A DNA stretch of 33,622 bases. Source: Thraustochytrium aureum (taxonomy: Eukaryota). Below, piece after piece: positions 21,540-32,220 of the stretch (the first letter of the stretch is position 1; each line of letters begins with the position of its first letter). Position numbers and translations under genes: made by a program. The DNA lies in assembly GCA_012862495.1 (NCBI GenBank), contig BLSG01000314.1, positions 86,501 to 120,122 on the forward strand. The letters are read 5' to 3'. A model generated the notes under the pieces. The model was not told the DNA's origin. It did no database searches and saw only the letters and a list, made by a program, of their open reading frames with translations.

Positions 21540-23018
21540 TCACACACCCTTGCACTTGGGAAGCGCCAGTGCGGAGTCCCACCCTGGCACGGCAACATTT
21601 AGCAGCAGGACTCGCGCTCCCTGGGCGGGCCCATCCTCGAGCAACTCCTGCCGCGACAAGCGCTGTGACGCCGCCTTGACGGCTCGGTCCTGCATTGCCC
21701 TCTTCACGGCTCGACTGACTGCGCCATCGGAGGCACTCTCGCGCGCGACATGAAACCCAACGCCGGCGCGCTCGACGGCCACTGCCCAGTACTCTTGGTC
21801 ATACCACGTCAGCACCGGGATAACGACTGACGGCACGCCGTGCAGCGCCGCTCTACTTGTGGTTCCAGCGCCGCCGTGGTGCACGACGCAGCAGCAGCGG
21901 GGAAAGACGAGGTCGTGCGAGATCGCGCCGACGATACAGAGGCGGCGTCGGCCGAGCTCGCCCGAAAATCGGCTCTCTAGCCGCTTCCGAATTGCCCCAA
22001 CGGCGCACTGCACCAAGCACGGCGTCTCCTCGGAGGCTTGTAACGCAGCCCGGATGCAAACCTCAATTAGCGAGTCCGCAGCCGGTCGCCCCTTGAGAGG
22101 CGCGGTCAACGCCGGGAGCATACTGCCGAACGTCACAAAGACCGGCTTGCGGGCCAGGAAAGCCCTCACCTCGTCTGCCGGAGGGGCCTCGTCCGCGGCC
22201 TTGAGCGTGCAAAACCCAGTCACTCGCCAATTGCTTGGCCACACTGGCGGCGGCGCTAGCAAGTTAGCGCTCGCCCCCAGCAGCGTGGGGATTGCCGTCA
22301 TGTCAGCGAGGCGCTGAAGCGTGAGCGGCGGCAAGCCCAGCACTTGCGCCCGGAATGCGGTCTGCTTGTCTGGCAATTCAACCTCGACTGCAGCGCGAAG
22401 CTCGCCGAGGCCGCGCACCGAATCGCGCATGCGTGCCAGTAGCAGATTCCATGCCGGCAGTGCGTCGTTGCGTCGCGCTTGCGATATAGCCAGCTCGCGC
22501 TCCAGCGCGTCTGGCGCAAACTTGAACGCCCAGCACGGGGCCACGAGGGCCTCCGCTAGGTCGAGCGCAAAGTGCAGCGCGAAGGTCCCGGCCACGAGCA
22601 CGTCTGTGTGATGGCCAGTCTGCCCCACGGGGGCGCACGCGGCCCAAAACCCGCCCGCGACCTGTGCGAATCGCGCGCCGTACTGCTTTGCCGCAGCGCG
22701 CATAAAGGCAGAGGACGACCCGAGCCAGCTNNNNNNNNNNNNNNNNNNNNNNNNNNNNNNNNNNNNNNNNNNNNNNNNNNNNNNNNNNNNNNNNNNNNNN
22801 NNNNNNNNNNNCGGCGAGCACACGGCGAGGGCCAGGGAGAGTCCGCCAGCAGCCACGGCGCATTTCCACGGCCACGTCCACTCCGCTGGGCCCCACCAGC
22901 CCCACATCAAGGCGGCGGCGACAAGCTCCACCCCGAGCAGTCCGCGCACCAGCACCTTGCGCAGCAAGCGCAGCCGCAGCTGGCGCTGCAGCCAGGCGGC
23001 GCGCTCGGCGGCGGCCAT
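21540..23018 (-). CDS. GT1-family UDP-glycosyltransferase, sterol 3-beta-glucosyltransferase (UGT80/ATG26)-like, with hydrophobic N-terminus; gap 22731-22811
   Basis: WPSNWRVTGF, PVFVTFGSM, ISHDLVFPRCCCVVHHGGAGTT, GVPSVVIP...DQEYWA...GVG, EDGPAQGA. The N-terminal catalytic motif is probably in the gap. Confidence 0.88.
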   Translation of the reverse strand: MAAAERAAWLQRQLRLRLLRKVLVRGLLGVELVAAALMWGWWGPAEWTWPWKCAVAAGGLSLALAVCSPXXXXXXXXXXXXXXXXXXXXXXXXXXXSWLGSSSAFMRAAAKQYGARFAQVAGGFWAACAPVGQTGHHTDVLVAGTFALHFALDLAEALVAPCWAFKFAPDALERELAISQARRNDALPAWNLLLARMRDSVRGLGELRAAVEVELPDKQTAFRAQVLGLPPLTLQRLADMTAIPTLLGASANLLAPPPVWPSNWRVTGFCTLKAADEAPPADEVRAFLARKPVFVTFGSMLPALTAPLKGRPAADSLIEVCIRAALQASEETPCLVQCAVGAIRKRLESRFSGELGRRRLCIVGAISHDLVFPRCCCVVHHGGAGTTSRAALHGVPSVVIPVLTWYDQEYWAVAVERAGVGFHVARESASDGAVSRAVKRAMQDRAVKAASQRLSRQELLEDGPAQGARVLLLNVAVPGWDSALALPKCKGV

Positions 23019-23058
23019 GTCGCAACCCAACTGGGTTTTTGTGGTCCTCCGCGCCACG

Positions 23059-23097
23059 ATGCGGCGCCGGCATCCCGCAGCAGCTGCCCCGGCACCA

Positions 23098-23131
<34 letters not shown>

Positions 23132-25029
23132 CAGCGGGCAAGTGCGCTCCGCTCTGCGAGCGGCTCCTCCTGGAGGTCGCCCTGGACGCCGAGCGGTGCC
23201 CCTTCGTCGTCGTGGCGGGCACGGCCGGCGCCAGCAAGCCGCACGCTGCGGACGTGGACGGCGCCCGCAGCGACCTGGCGATTGAGCTGCGTCGAGGACG
23301 CACGGTGCTGCTGGATGGCCCCTCTGGCGTTGGCAAGTCGACGCTCGTCGCGGCCTGCGCGCGCGCCGTGGACGCCCTGGGCGCCTGGACCGCCGACCCG
23401 GCGCTTGGCCTGGCGGTCCGCGCTTCGTTCGTGGATGAGCGAACCGGCCAGCCCGTAGCAGCTGCTTCCGGGCCTGGGTCGGAGCGGCGCGTGGGCGTTT
23501 GTTTCAGGATGCAGCGTTGGTCGATCGGCTCACAGTTCGCGACAACGTCCGCCTTGCGCTGCTGTTGGCGGGACGACCCGCTTCCGACGAGGACGTCGCG
23601 GCGCGACTCGTGGATGCCGGCTTGGGCGAGGCCCGCAACGTGGCGCACAAGCTTCCGGTGGAGCTGAGCGTTGGAATGAGCCGCCGTGTCGCCGTGGCGG
23701 CTGCCTTGGCGCAAGAGCCGGCATTCTTGTTTGCGGATGAGCCGTTTGCCTCGCTCGATGCAAAGGCGGCTCTCGGGCTCGCGCAGAGCTTGCGTCGCAA
23801 GCAGCAAGTTGCCGAGCCGGGACCAGAATCTGAGGCGGGCGGTCGCCTCGGCGTGCTCCTCGTTTCGCACCTCGGCGAATTTGCCAGCACGCTGCAGCCG
23901 ACCACGACAGTGCGCCTCGGCGTCAACCCAGCGTACGTCGGTCCACAACAGATTGGCGGGACACCCTGGCGGCGGCGCTTGTGCTGCTCGCGAGGCGGGC
24001 CAGGGGATAGGGGCGGCGTCGCGCGCGGGCAGCGACCTTGCCGAGCTGCTCGCTGTGGCGGCGCCGCTCTGCGTTGCAGCGGGCGGCCTCGTGGGCGCCG
24101 GCCTCATGGGCCTCGCCAACGAGGCGCTCAGGTACGCTGACACTGCGACGCTGCTCGCGGCGATCCCCGCCGCCATGCGGAATAGCGGCATGTTCTCACT
24201 GCTGATTCGCAAAGTGGAGACAGNNNNNNNNNNNNNNNNNNNNNNNNNNNNNNNNNNNNNNNNNNNNNNNNNNNNNNNNNNNNNNNNNNNNNNNNNNNNN
24301 NNNNNNNNNNNNNNNNNNNNNNNNNNNNNNNNNNNNNNNNNNNNNNNNNNNNNNNNNNNNNNNNNNNNNNNNNNNNNNNNNNNNNNNNNNNNNNNNNNNN
24401 NNNNNNNNNNNNNNNNNNNNNNNNNNNNNNNNNNNNNNNNNNNNNNNGTGGGTCTGCTCATGGCTGGCGTTATGGGAGCGGCTGTCGGGGGGCGCGTGGC
24501 TACGCTGCAAGCGACCCACCAGGAAGCGCGCCTCCGCTCTCTTGGCATGCGGCGACCGTGGCGCTGGACGCTGATCCCTGGCCTCATCTGCGCGGCTTTG
24601 GCAGGGCCGGTGTTGGTCGCCTGCGTTCTGGCGGGTCTGCTTTCGGGTGGCTTTGCGGCGGTGTCAAATGAGCCGCGCCGCGACGTCATGTGGGCGACGG
24701 CGTATGAAGCTCTCCTAGAGCACAATCTGAACGGCGGTTTGCGGTGGGCGCGCGGCTGGCTCACGTATTTGCCATTCATTGCCCTCTACCGCACAGAGGG
24801 CTTTATGCTCGCGATCGTGGTCGGGGCGGAGTTTGGCGCGCGGTGGCTTGCGCCCGCGCGGTCGAGACGCGCCGTGTCTCGTACGATCGCGGTTTGCGTG
24901 GTCTGCGCCCTCGTGGCTGTTCTCCTCATGGAGTTTGTCTTTTCGCAACTCTTGTTGAGCGTTCTGCGCTTGCCGCCGGTGGAGCAGCTCGGCCTCGCGT
25001 CGGTCCTTGGGGCGATGAGAGCGTCGTAG
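23059..25029 (+). CDS. ABC transporter: MlaF/TGD3-like ATPase apparently fused to an MlaE/TGD1-like permease; frame breaks at about 23499 and 23930-24033, gap 24224-24447
   Basis: Walker A GPSGVGKST; Q-loop FQDAALVDRLTVRDNV; signature ELSVGMSRRVA; Walker B FLFADEPFASLD; H-loop LLVSH. Then a hydrophobic region with GLLMAGVMGAAVGGRVATLQATHQEARLRSLG...LIP, like MlaE LLLAGR.GS..AAE.G.M..TEQ..AL..MG. Alternative start ATG 23017. Confidence 0.78.
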
Positions 25030-25084
25030 TGCGCCGCTGCTTGCCGTCGTGCACCGCGCTTCGGCACGGCTGTGTTTGCTGCTT

Positions 25085-25105
25085 TTGTTGTTGTTGTTGT
25101 TGTTG
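25085..25105. repeat. (TTG)7 microsatellite in a convergent intergenic region
   Basis: Direct reading. Confidence 0.9.
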
Positions 25106-25277
25106 TGTCGCATGGCGGCGCTGTTGCCGCCGACGCGAGTTGGGATTTTTATAAAAAGAGTTTTTTTGTTGTTTTCTTGTTGAATCCCTTGTGCGCAGTC
25201 CCAATGGGAGGCAGCCACACCACCCGTCTTCTAGAAGAATAAGCGCAAGCAGCTGCACAGGGCAGCTTGGCACCGCA

Positions 25278-26781
25278 CTACTCAAGAGCAGCCACATGGC
25301 GATACTGGCCGCCCGAAACGCCATTCCCGCGACCGCGCTCAGCATCGTCTCCGTCGGCGTCAGATCCGATCGCCGTGCCGAGGTCCGCGCCTCGGAACGA
25401 GCCGCTCTCGTCGTTGTCCATGCGCACGTACTCGCCAATAATGTTGCGCACGTCCTCGTGCACCTCGTCACGCAAGTTTTTCTTGTCGTACCGGCGCACG
25501 TACAGGTAGACAGCGACGAGGCCCGCAACGACGAAAAACAGGACCACAAATAGCACGCCCAGCCCGATCCCGGTCTCGGGCGAGCCGAAGCACTCTTGGA
25601 CCAGGTTGTCGTCCGTGAATTGTGACACATCGTTGCTCTGCACGCACGGGCAGAATTTGGGCTCGTGATCGGCTTCGAAGCCGGCGCAGATGGCAGTGAG
25701 CACGTTTTTCATGGAGGCGCCAAAGTCGACGCTGCGGCTGGCTACGTAGAGCGTGGGCAGCCGCTCGATCTCGCGCTTCTTGCGCTCCGCGAGCTCAGTC
25801 TGCCACAGGCTGATATCGCTGTCAATATCGGCTTCGTAGCCGACGTTTTCCGCACTCTTGATGCAGGCCATCGTGTCCTTCCAAGACAGGCCAGCCTCCT
25901 CGTGCGCGCCCTTTGAGCATTCTTCGGTATAGTACGCCTCCTTGTTTGTGTAGGCGGCCGTGTTGTTCTTGCCGGAGCAAAACTCGGCCACGAGCGAGAC
26001 GTACTTCCACCACTTGATTTTGCGTTCGGTGTCCGCGGCGGCTTCCCAAGCACACTTTTGGCGCAGGTTTTCCTGCGAGACGCGGCGGCCGCTGATTTTG
26101 CCCTTGCCCAAACCGTCTGGGTCGAAGTGGCAGTAGCGGCCTTTGTTGTGGCAGGCATCCTTGCAGTGCGCCGCGTTGGCCGAGTCTGCGACGCAGTTGA
26201 GGGCTTTGCCGTCCCACACAAAGTAGTGTGGGGTGAATAGGGTCGCCTCATCCTCAAGGAGCTTTGGAATGACTTTGTCGACCCATGCGGGGCGAACGAA
26301 CACGTCTGCATTGAGCAGGCTGCTCGTCCAGAGGTTCCACTCGACGTGCTTCCGGCGCGGGATATTCCAGCGCAGCGAGACGAGTGGCTTGGACGCGCAC
26401 TTGCCCTCGACGTCTGTCAGATACTTGTAGCCGGCAGGGAGCTTGCCCAGCGCTTCCTGGTTGCACTCGAAGAGGCGCATACCATCATAGTGGCTGATGA
26501 TCATGGCTGGGATGTGCACAGTGTTGTCCGCGCCAGCCATGTAGCTCAGCTCGAGCTGCGACTTTCCCAGCTTGCTGCAGTATTCCTTATCCGTGAACTT
26601 GTCCTCGTTCTCCTTGAGGCACACGTTTTCGACGACCAAGAGTCCGTGGGCGGCCCGCGCCTGCGCGTTCAGCGCCTCGGCCACGAACGCGCACGAGTCG
26701 TACTTCATCACCACGAGCAGCGTTGGCAAGTCCCCGTGTGCGATCTTGTCCATCTTTGTCGGGCAGGCGGCTCCGTCCCCG
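25278..26781 (-). CDS. Vacuolar sorting receptor (VSR/BP-80)-like type I membrane protein; 5' end hidden in gap 26782-27346
   Basis: PA-domain end (CAFVAEALNAQ...GLLVVEN...YMAGADNTVHIPAMII), central domain (FTPHYFVW, C.NKGRYC..DPDG...SG.....ENLRQKC.W, KWWKYV, VLTAICAGF...EP..C), TM helix, tail EDVRNIIGEYVRMD (cf. plant EIRAIMAQYMPLD, YxxPhi). Confidence 0.9.
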
Positions 26782-27950
26782 NNNNNNNNNNNNNNNNNNN
26801 NNNNNNNNNNNNNNNNNNNNNNNNNNNNNNNNNNNNNNNNNNNNNNNNNNNNNNNNNNNNNNNNNNNNNNNNNNNNNNNNNNNNNNNNNNNNNNNNNNNN
26901 NNNNNNNNNNNNNNNNNNNNNNNNNNNNNNNNNNNNNNNNNNNNNNNNNNNNNNNNNNNNNNNNNNNNNNNNNNNNNNNNNNNNNNNNNNNNNNNNNNNN
27001 NNNNNNNNNNNNNNNNNNNNNNNNNNNNNNNNNNNNNNNNNNNNNNNNNNNNNNNNNNNNNNNNNNNNNNNNNNNNNNNNNNNNNNNNNNNNNNNNNNNN
27101 NNNNNNNNNNNNNNNNNNNNNNNNNNNNNNNNNNNNNNNNNNNNNNNNNNNNNNNNNNNNNNNNNNNNNNNNNNNNNNNNNNNNNNNNNNNNNNNNNNNN
27201 NNNNNNNNNNNNNNNNNNNNNNNNNNNNNNNNNNNNNNNNNNNNNNNNNNNNNNNNNNNNNNNNNNNNNNNNNNNNNNNNNNNNNNNNNNNNNNNNNNNN
27301 NNNNNNNNNNNNNNNNNNNNNNNNNNNNNNNNNNNNNNNNNNNNNNAGCCGGCCGCGTCTGGTACGCGTTGCACGGTACGGTTGAGCGTCATTAAGGTCT
27401 GCGAGCGGGTGGGCGGAGGCAAGAGGAAGGCGCACGGAAATTTCGCTGCTGGGCGGGGACGTGCGTTGGACAAGGTGGAACAAGATCTGTCTTTCTGAAT
27501 TCTGATCTGTTCTGGTGTTGCGATCGCGATGATGGGAGCCGCCAGATCCGGATGCCCGGTCGCCAGGGGCTTGCGCAGGCGCAGACATGGTCGAGCAGGC
27601 TTGGGCAAGTGCGAGTGGGCGCGAGACCAAACCCCGGAAGACGGGGGCGCAAAACACGGCGGACAAGTTGGCCGGCCGCACTGACTGCACGAGAACGCTC
27701 GAGCTCGAAGTGCCTATGGAAGCTGCCGAGTACTCGAGGACGCCAAGAAACGGCAAGGGAGGAACGGGCGATTCTATGAACAGTGACAGGGTTTGGTTAG
27801 TCCACGGGCGGCAGGGGCAGGGCAGAGGCGACGAACGCCCCGGATCGGGCGCAGAAAAGCTACGGAAAACGAAAAGCGAAACAAACAGTCGCACAGGAAC
27901 CAAATAGCGCACAGGATGCGCGCGGGGTTTCCACCGGGGCGAGAAAGAAA

Positions 27951-29255
27951 TCAGTGCAGGAAGTCAAAGAGCTCGTCGTCGCCAAAGACCATCCCGTTCA
28001 CCTCGCCGTCGCCGAGGGCGTCGTTGAGCGAAAGCGGTGTGGGCTGCGGCGGCTTGGCTTCCGCCGAGTCACGCCCAGTGAATGAAAAGTACGGCGAGTT
28101 AAAGGCCGCAGTTGATTCGCTGTGTGCGGTCGCCGCATGCGACCCAGAGGAAACGCCGCCAGCGCTAGCCTCTGCAGCATCTGCAGCCGCCTGAAGGTGC
28201 TTGGAGCGCTGAAGGTTGTGCTGCTGCGCGATCTCCTTGTGCAGCTCCATCTGCATCTTCATGCGGCCAACCGCCTCGAGCTGCTGCGGGTGGCCGTCGT
28301 GGTCCTTGTTGCGCGCCAAGCAGCACGAGCAGTCGCAGTCCTGGCTTGGGCGTCGCAAATACAGTCGCGAATCCATCAAGTAACTCGGGCGGCCGTCGGA
28401 CAAGTGCGGGTTGTGGTGGGGCGCGTGACGCGGAGCGTGCCTTGCGTGACGCAGGCCGTCGCGGTCGTAGTAGTAAAAGTCGTCCTCCCGGTCCAAGGGC
28501 GGGCCGCCGCGGCCGTGGGCGCGCAGGTGCGCCGCGCGCACGCTGTCGTCACGGTGGTAGTGGTCTGGGCCTTCGAGCGACCCGTCGATCGACTTGGTGT
28601 GGTCGTGCAGCGGAAAGTCGCCTACTGGGAAAGGGTACGCGTGGAAGGCGGGGTTGAGCGCCTTGCCGTCGTTGTTCTGGTCGGCCTGTTTCTTGGAGAT
28701 GTCAAACTGCTCGAGGAAGACCTCGCGCGAGCGCTTCGAGTTGTTGCGGTACTTTTGCAGGTGGCTCTTGATGTGCTCGGTCGTCAGGTCCTCGGGCGGC
28801 TCGTGCAGCGACTGGATGATTACCTTTGGCTTGGCCTGCCGCAGCCCGATGTCGAAGATGGCGGCCATAAACTTGCGGTGGAGCTCGTCCGACCAAGTGA
28901 ATCGCTTTTTCTTGCTACCTTGCGCCGAGCCCTTGTCGCCCTTGTCCGAGCCGTCCGAGTTGTCTACGATGGCGGCCATTTTGCGCTTGTTGTTTGGCGG
29001 CGCGCTGGCGTGCGCAGGGGCAGGGCTCGCGGAGGTGGCCCCGGCGATGCCCTGTTTGTTCAGTTCATGGTAGACGCCGAAGAGCTCGCGGACCGAGTCC
29101 GAGGTGCCCTCTGTGACGGCCTTGCCGCCCCGGTTGTGCTGCATTTGGGCCGCGTGCTGGGCCGCGGCGACTTGGTCTCGCAAGCGCTGCTGATGCTGCT
29201 GCTGTCGCTGCTGATGCTGAGGAGACCTTTCAGGGGCAACGTCGCCCGCTGACAT
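27951..29255 (-). CDS. GARP/SHAQKYF-class MYB transcription factor with MYB-CC-like coiled coil (PHR1/PSR1-like)
   Basis: KKKRFTWSDELHRKFMAAIFDIG...AKPKVI...LTTEHIKSHLQKYR; downstream EAVGRMKMQMELHKEIAQQHNLQ. Confidence 0.9.
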   Translation of the reverse strand: MSAGDVAPERSPQHQQRQQQHQQRLRDQVAAAQHAAQMQHNRGGKAVTEGTSDSVRELFGVYHELNKQGIAGATSASPAPAHASAPPNNKRKMAAIVDNSDGSDKGDKGSAQGSKKKRFTWSDELHRKFMAAIFDIGLRQAKPKVIIQSLHEPPEDLTTEHIKSHLQKYRNNSKRSREVFLEQFDISKKQADQNNDGKALNPAFHAYPFPVGDFPLHDHTKSIDGSLEGPDHYHRDDSVRAAHLRAHGRGGPPLDREDDFYYYDRDGLRHARHAPRHAPHHNPHLSDGRPSYLMDSRLYLRRPSQDCDCSCCLARNKDHDGHPQQLEAVGRMKMQMELHKEIAQQHNLQRSKHLQAAADAAEASAGGVSSGSHAATAHSESTAAFNSPYFSFTGRDSAEAKPPQPTPLSLNDALGDGEVNGMVFGDDELFDFLH

Positions 29256-30624
29256 AGTCTGGGGCTGGTCTGGCCTGAATTAGGTGCTTTGGCGAGCGCA
29301 CCGCGCGTGGCGCGCCCGTCGCGGAAAGGGGGCGGAAAGGGGGCGAGGGGCGGTGGCGCCCCGTGCTGCACACCTGGGTGGCGGCCTCCCGCCGGCGGTG
29401 GCACTCCTGTGGCCCTCGTTGCCTGCCACCTTGCGCGGCAGTCTACTCGCACCACTGTACGCTGACGGCTCCGCCGCCGCAAGCACTTGGCCTCGGTGCT
29501 GAGTTGTGGTCGGCNNNNNNNNNNNNNNNNNNNNNNNNNNNNNNNNNNNNNNNNNNNNNNNNNNNNNNNNNNNNNNNNNNNNNNNNNNNNNNNNNNNNNN
29601 NNNNNNNNNNNNNNNNNNNNNNNNNNNNNNNNNNNNNNNNNNNNNNNNNNNNNNNNNNNNNNNNNNNNNNNNNNNNNNNNNNNNNNNNNNNNNNNNNNNN
29701 NNNNNNNNNNNNNNNNNNNNNNNNNNNNNNNNNNNNNNNNNNNNNNNNNNNNNNNNNNNNNNNNNNNNTGGCACTTTGGTCTCTGCGGTGAGTTGCCAGC
29801 CTTTTCGGGTTGGTTGGCTGCCTCGCAGCTCGCGGCAGCAGAGCAAGCCCTCGTTCACCCTCTCCACCTCTTTCTTCCTTCCTTCCTTCCTGTGCGAGGA
29901 CTCCTCTGCCCTCTCACGTGGTGTCGCTGTTGCAAGGAGGCACGCCCAGATTGCGCGCGTCTGGCTGGCTGGCGAACGGACGAGGTGCCGCAGCGCCTCA
30001 CGGGGCTCTGGGCTGGAGGCGCGGCCGCCCTCTCGCGTGAACTGGATTGGCCGAGCCCATTGCGCTGGCTAGAGGCGCCGAGGGAGTGGGAATTCTTTCG
30101 GTGCGTCACTGGCGCCTTCCCCGCTCCGCTCTTCTCGCGCTGCGCGTGGGGCTGCGCGGAATTGCGGGATACTTGGTCGTTTGTCTCTTGCGGCGCCAGA
30201 CGCTGCCTGACCGCCGATCGAGCAACTGGAGAGGAACGCAGCCGAGCGGGCGGCGGGTGGCACAGAGTGGGGGTTGGGAAGGAAGCAACGGATGCCGATC
30301 GACGCCGCGGCTCGGGCTTGTGAAAGCTGGCCTTTGGTCAGAAAGCAAATCTCGGTGAGATTCAATCTTTTTCCAAGCGAATCAGGCGAGGAGGGCTCGT
30401 TCGATCATCTTCATCGGCGGTGAAGCAGCTCTTTTCCTGTCTGGTACTCCGGCGGTGCAGTATGCACCAGGCAGGGACGTAGGAGTAGAGTACTCTGCAT
30501 GGCACCAGCGAGAGATGCATGCAAGGACGGCACGCGTTCGCCAAACCGCGCTGGATACGGCAGCGCAACGCCAACGCAGATAGCTGAGTAGCGAGCAGCA
30601 GTCTCTTTATTCATAAATGTGCTT

Positions 30625-30652
30625 GACCCTGGATGCAAGACCCTGGATGCAA
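30625..30652. repeat. Tandem duplication, 2 x 14 bp
   Basis: GACCCTGGATGCAA at 30625-30638 and 30639-30652. Confidence 0.85.
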
Positions 30653-31999
30653 GCAAGGACGCCACTTAGGGGAGGGGCCAACACCGACGATGTGCGCGAA
30701 GGACCAACCACCCGTTTCCTTCGCGCAGGCAGTCTGGACGTTTCAAACGGCACGGCCTCGCACGCACGGCAGCCACGATTCCATGACTATCGATCTTGAA
30801 ATCAATCGTGTTCAACACCGCACCGCAATGATCAGCCAGCCAGCCCCCCACCAGAACAGCTGTTTTCAGCAGGTTGCCCCGGATTCCCCCGATCCAATGT
30901 AGCCAGCGCTCCACACGAAGAAGAAAAAAAAGAAAACGAGGGCCTTGTCTCGCCCTTTTCGCACTGGCCAGNNNNNNNNNNNNNNNNNNNNNNNNNNNNN
31001 NNNNNNNNNNNNNNNNNNNNNNNNNNNNNNNNNNNNNNNNNNNNNNNNNNNNNNNNNNNNNNNNNNNNNNNNNNNNNNNNNNNNNNNNNNNNNNNNNNNN
31101 NNNNNNNNNNNNNNNNNNNNNNNNNNNNNNNNNNNNNNNNNNNNNNNNNNNNNNNNNNNNNNNNNNNNNNNNNNNNNNNNNNNNNNNNNNNNNNNNNNNN
31201 NNNNNNNNNNNNNNNNNNNNNNNNNNNNNNNNNNNNNNNNNNNNNNNNNNNNNNNNNNNNNNNNNNNNNNNNNNNNNNNNNNNNNNNNNNNNNNNNNNNN
31301 NNNNNNNNNNNNNNNNNNNNNNNNNNNNNNNNNNNNNNNNNNNNNNNNNNNNNNNNNNNNNNNNNNNNNNNNNNNNNNNNNNNNNNNNNNNNNNNNNNNN
31401 NNNNNNNNNNNNNNNNNNNNNNNNNNNNNNNNNNNNNNNNNNNNNNNNNNNNNNNNNNNNNNNNNNNNNNNNNNNNNNNNNNNNNNNNNNNNNNNNNNNN
31501 NNNNNNNNNNNNNNNNNNNNNNNNNNNNNNNNNNNNNNNNNNNNNNNNNNNNNNNNNNNNNNNNNNNNNNNNNNNNNNNNNNNNNNNNNNNNNNNNNNNN
31601 NNNNNNNNNNNNNNNNNNNNNNNNNNNNNNNNNNNNNNNNNNNNNNNNNNNNNNNNNNNNNNNNNNNNNNNNNNNNNNNNNNNNNNNNNNNNNNNNNNNN
31701 NNNNNNNNNNNNNNNNNNNNNNNNNNNNNNNNNNNNNNNNNNNNNNNNNNNNNNNNNNNNNNNNNNNNNNNNNNNNNNNNNNNNNNNNNNNNNNNNNNNN
31801 NNNNNNNNNNNNNNNNNNNNNNNNNNNNNNNNNNNNNNNNNNNNNNNNNNNNNNNNNNNNNNNNNNNNNNNNNNNNNNNNNNNNNNNNNNNNNNNNNNNN
31901 NAGCAGGCAGGCAGCAAGCGAGCATTCATTTACCTACTCGCGTGCCACGCGGGCAGACTCGAAAGCGGCAGGACGCGCGCGAACGGAAGCGGCGCCAGC

Positions 32000-32027
32000 C
32001 AGGCAGGCAGGCAGGCAGGCAGGCAGG
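32000..32027. repeat. (GCAG)n microsatellite upstream of DNAJA
   Basis: CAGG x 7; further GCAG units adjoin the gap at 31902-31915. Confidence 0.85.
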
Positions 32028-32220
32028 AGAGCAGGAGGGCGGGGCAGGAGGGCGGGCAGGCGGGAGGGCCTGGGAGCGGCGAGGTGCGTGCAGGCTGGAT
32101 CGGGCGGCGGGACGCTTGAGCGGTTGGCTGGAGATCGCGAACGGTGAGGCGGCGGCTGAGGCGAGGGTCGAGTAGCAACCCCGCTGCGGCAAGGGTAGGA
32201 AGGTAGTGGCACGAAGCAGG

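Noticed and set aside
23019..24779. Upstream extension making the GT a 1079-aa protein
   Set aside because: Antisense to the ABC gene, no domain signal, crosses a gap
29256..32220. Possible hidden gene or transposon in the long intergenic region
   Set aside because: Visible ORFs are short and motif-free; about 1.2 kb is N, so it cannot be assessed
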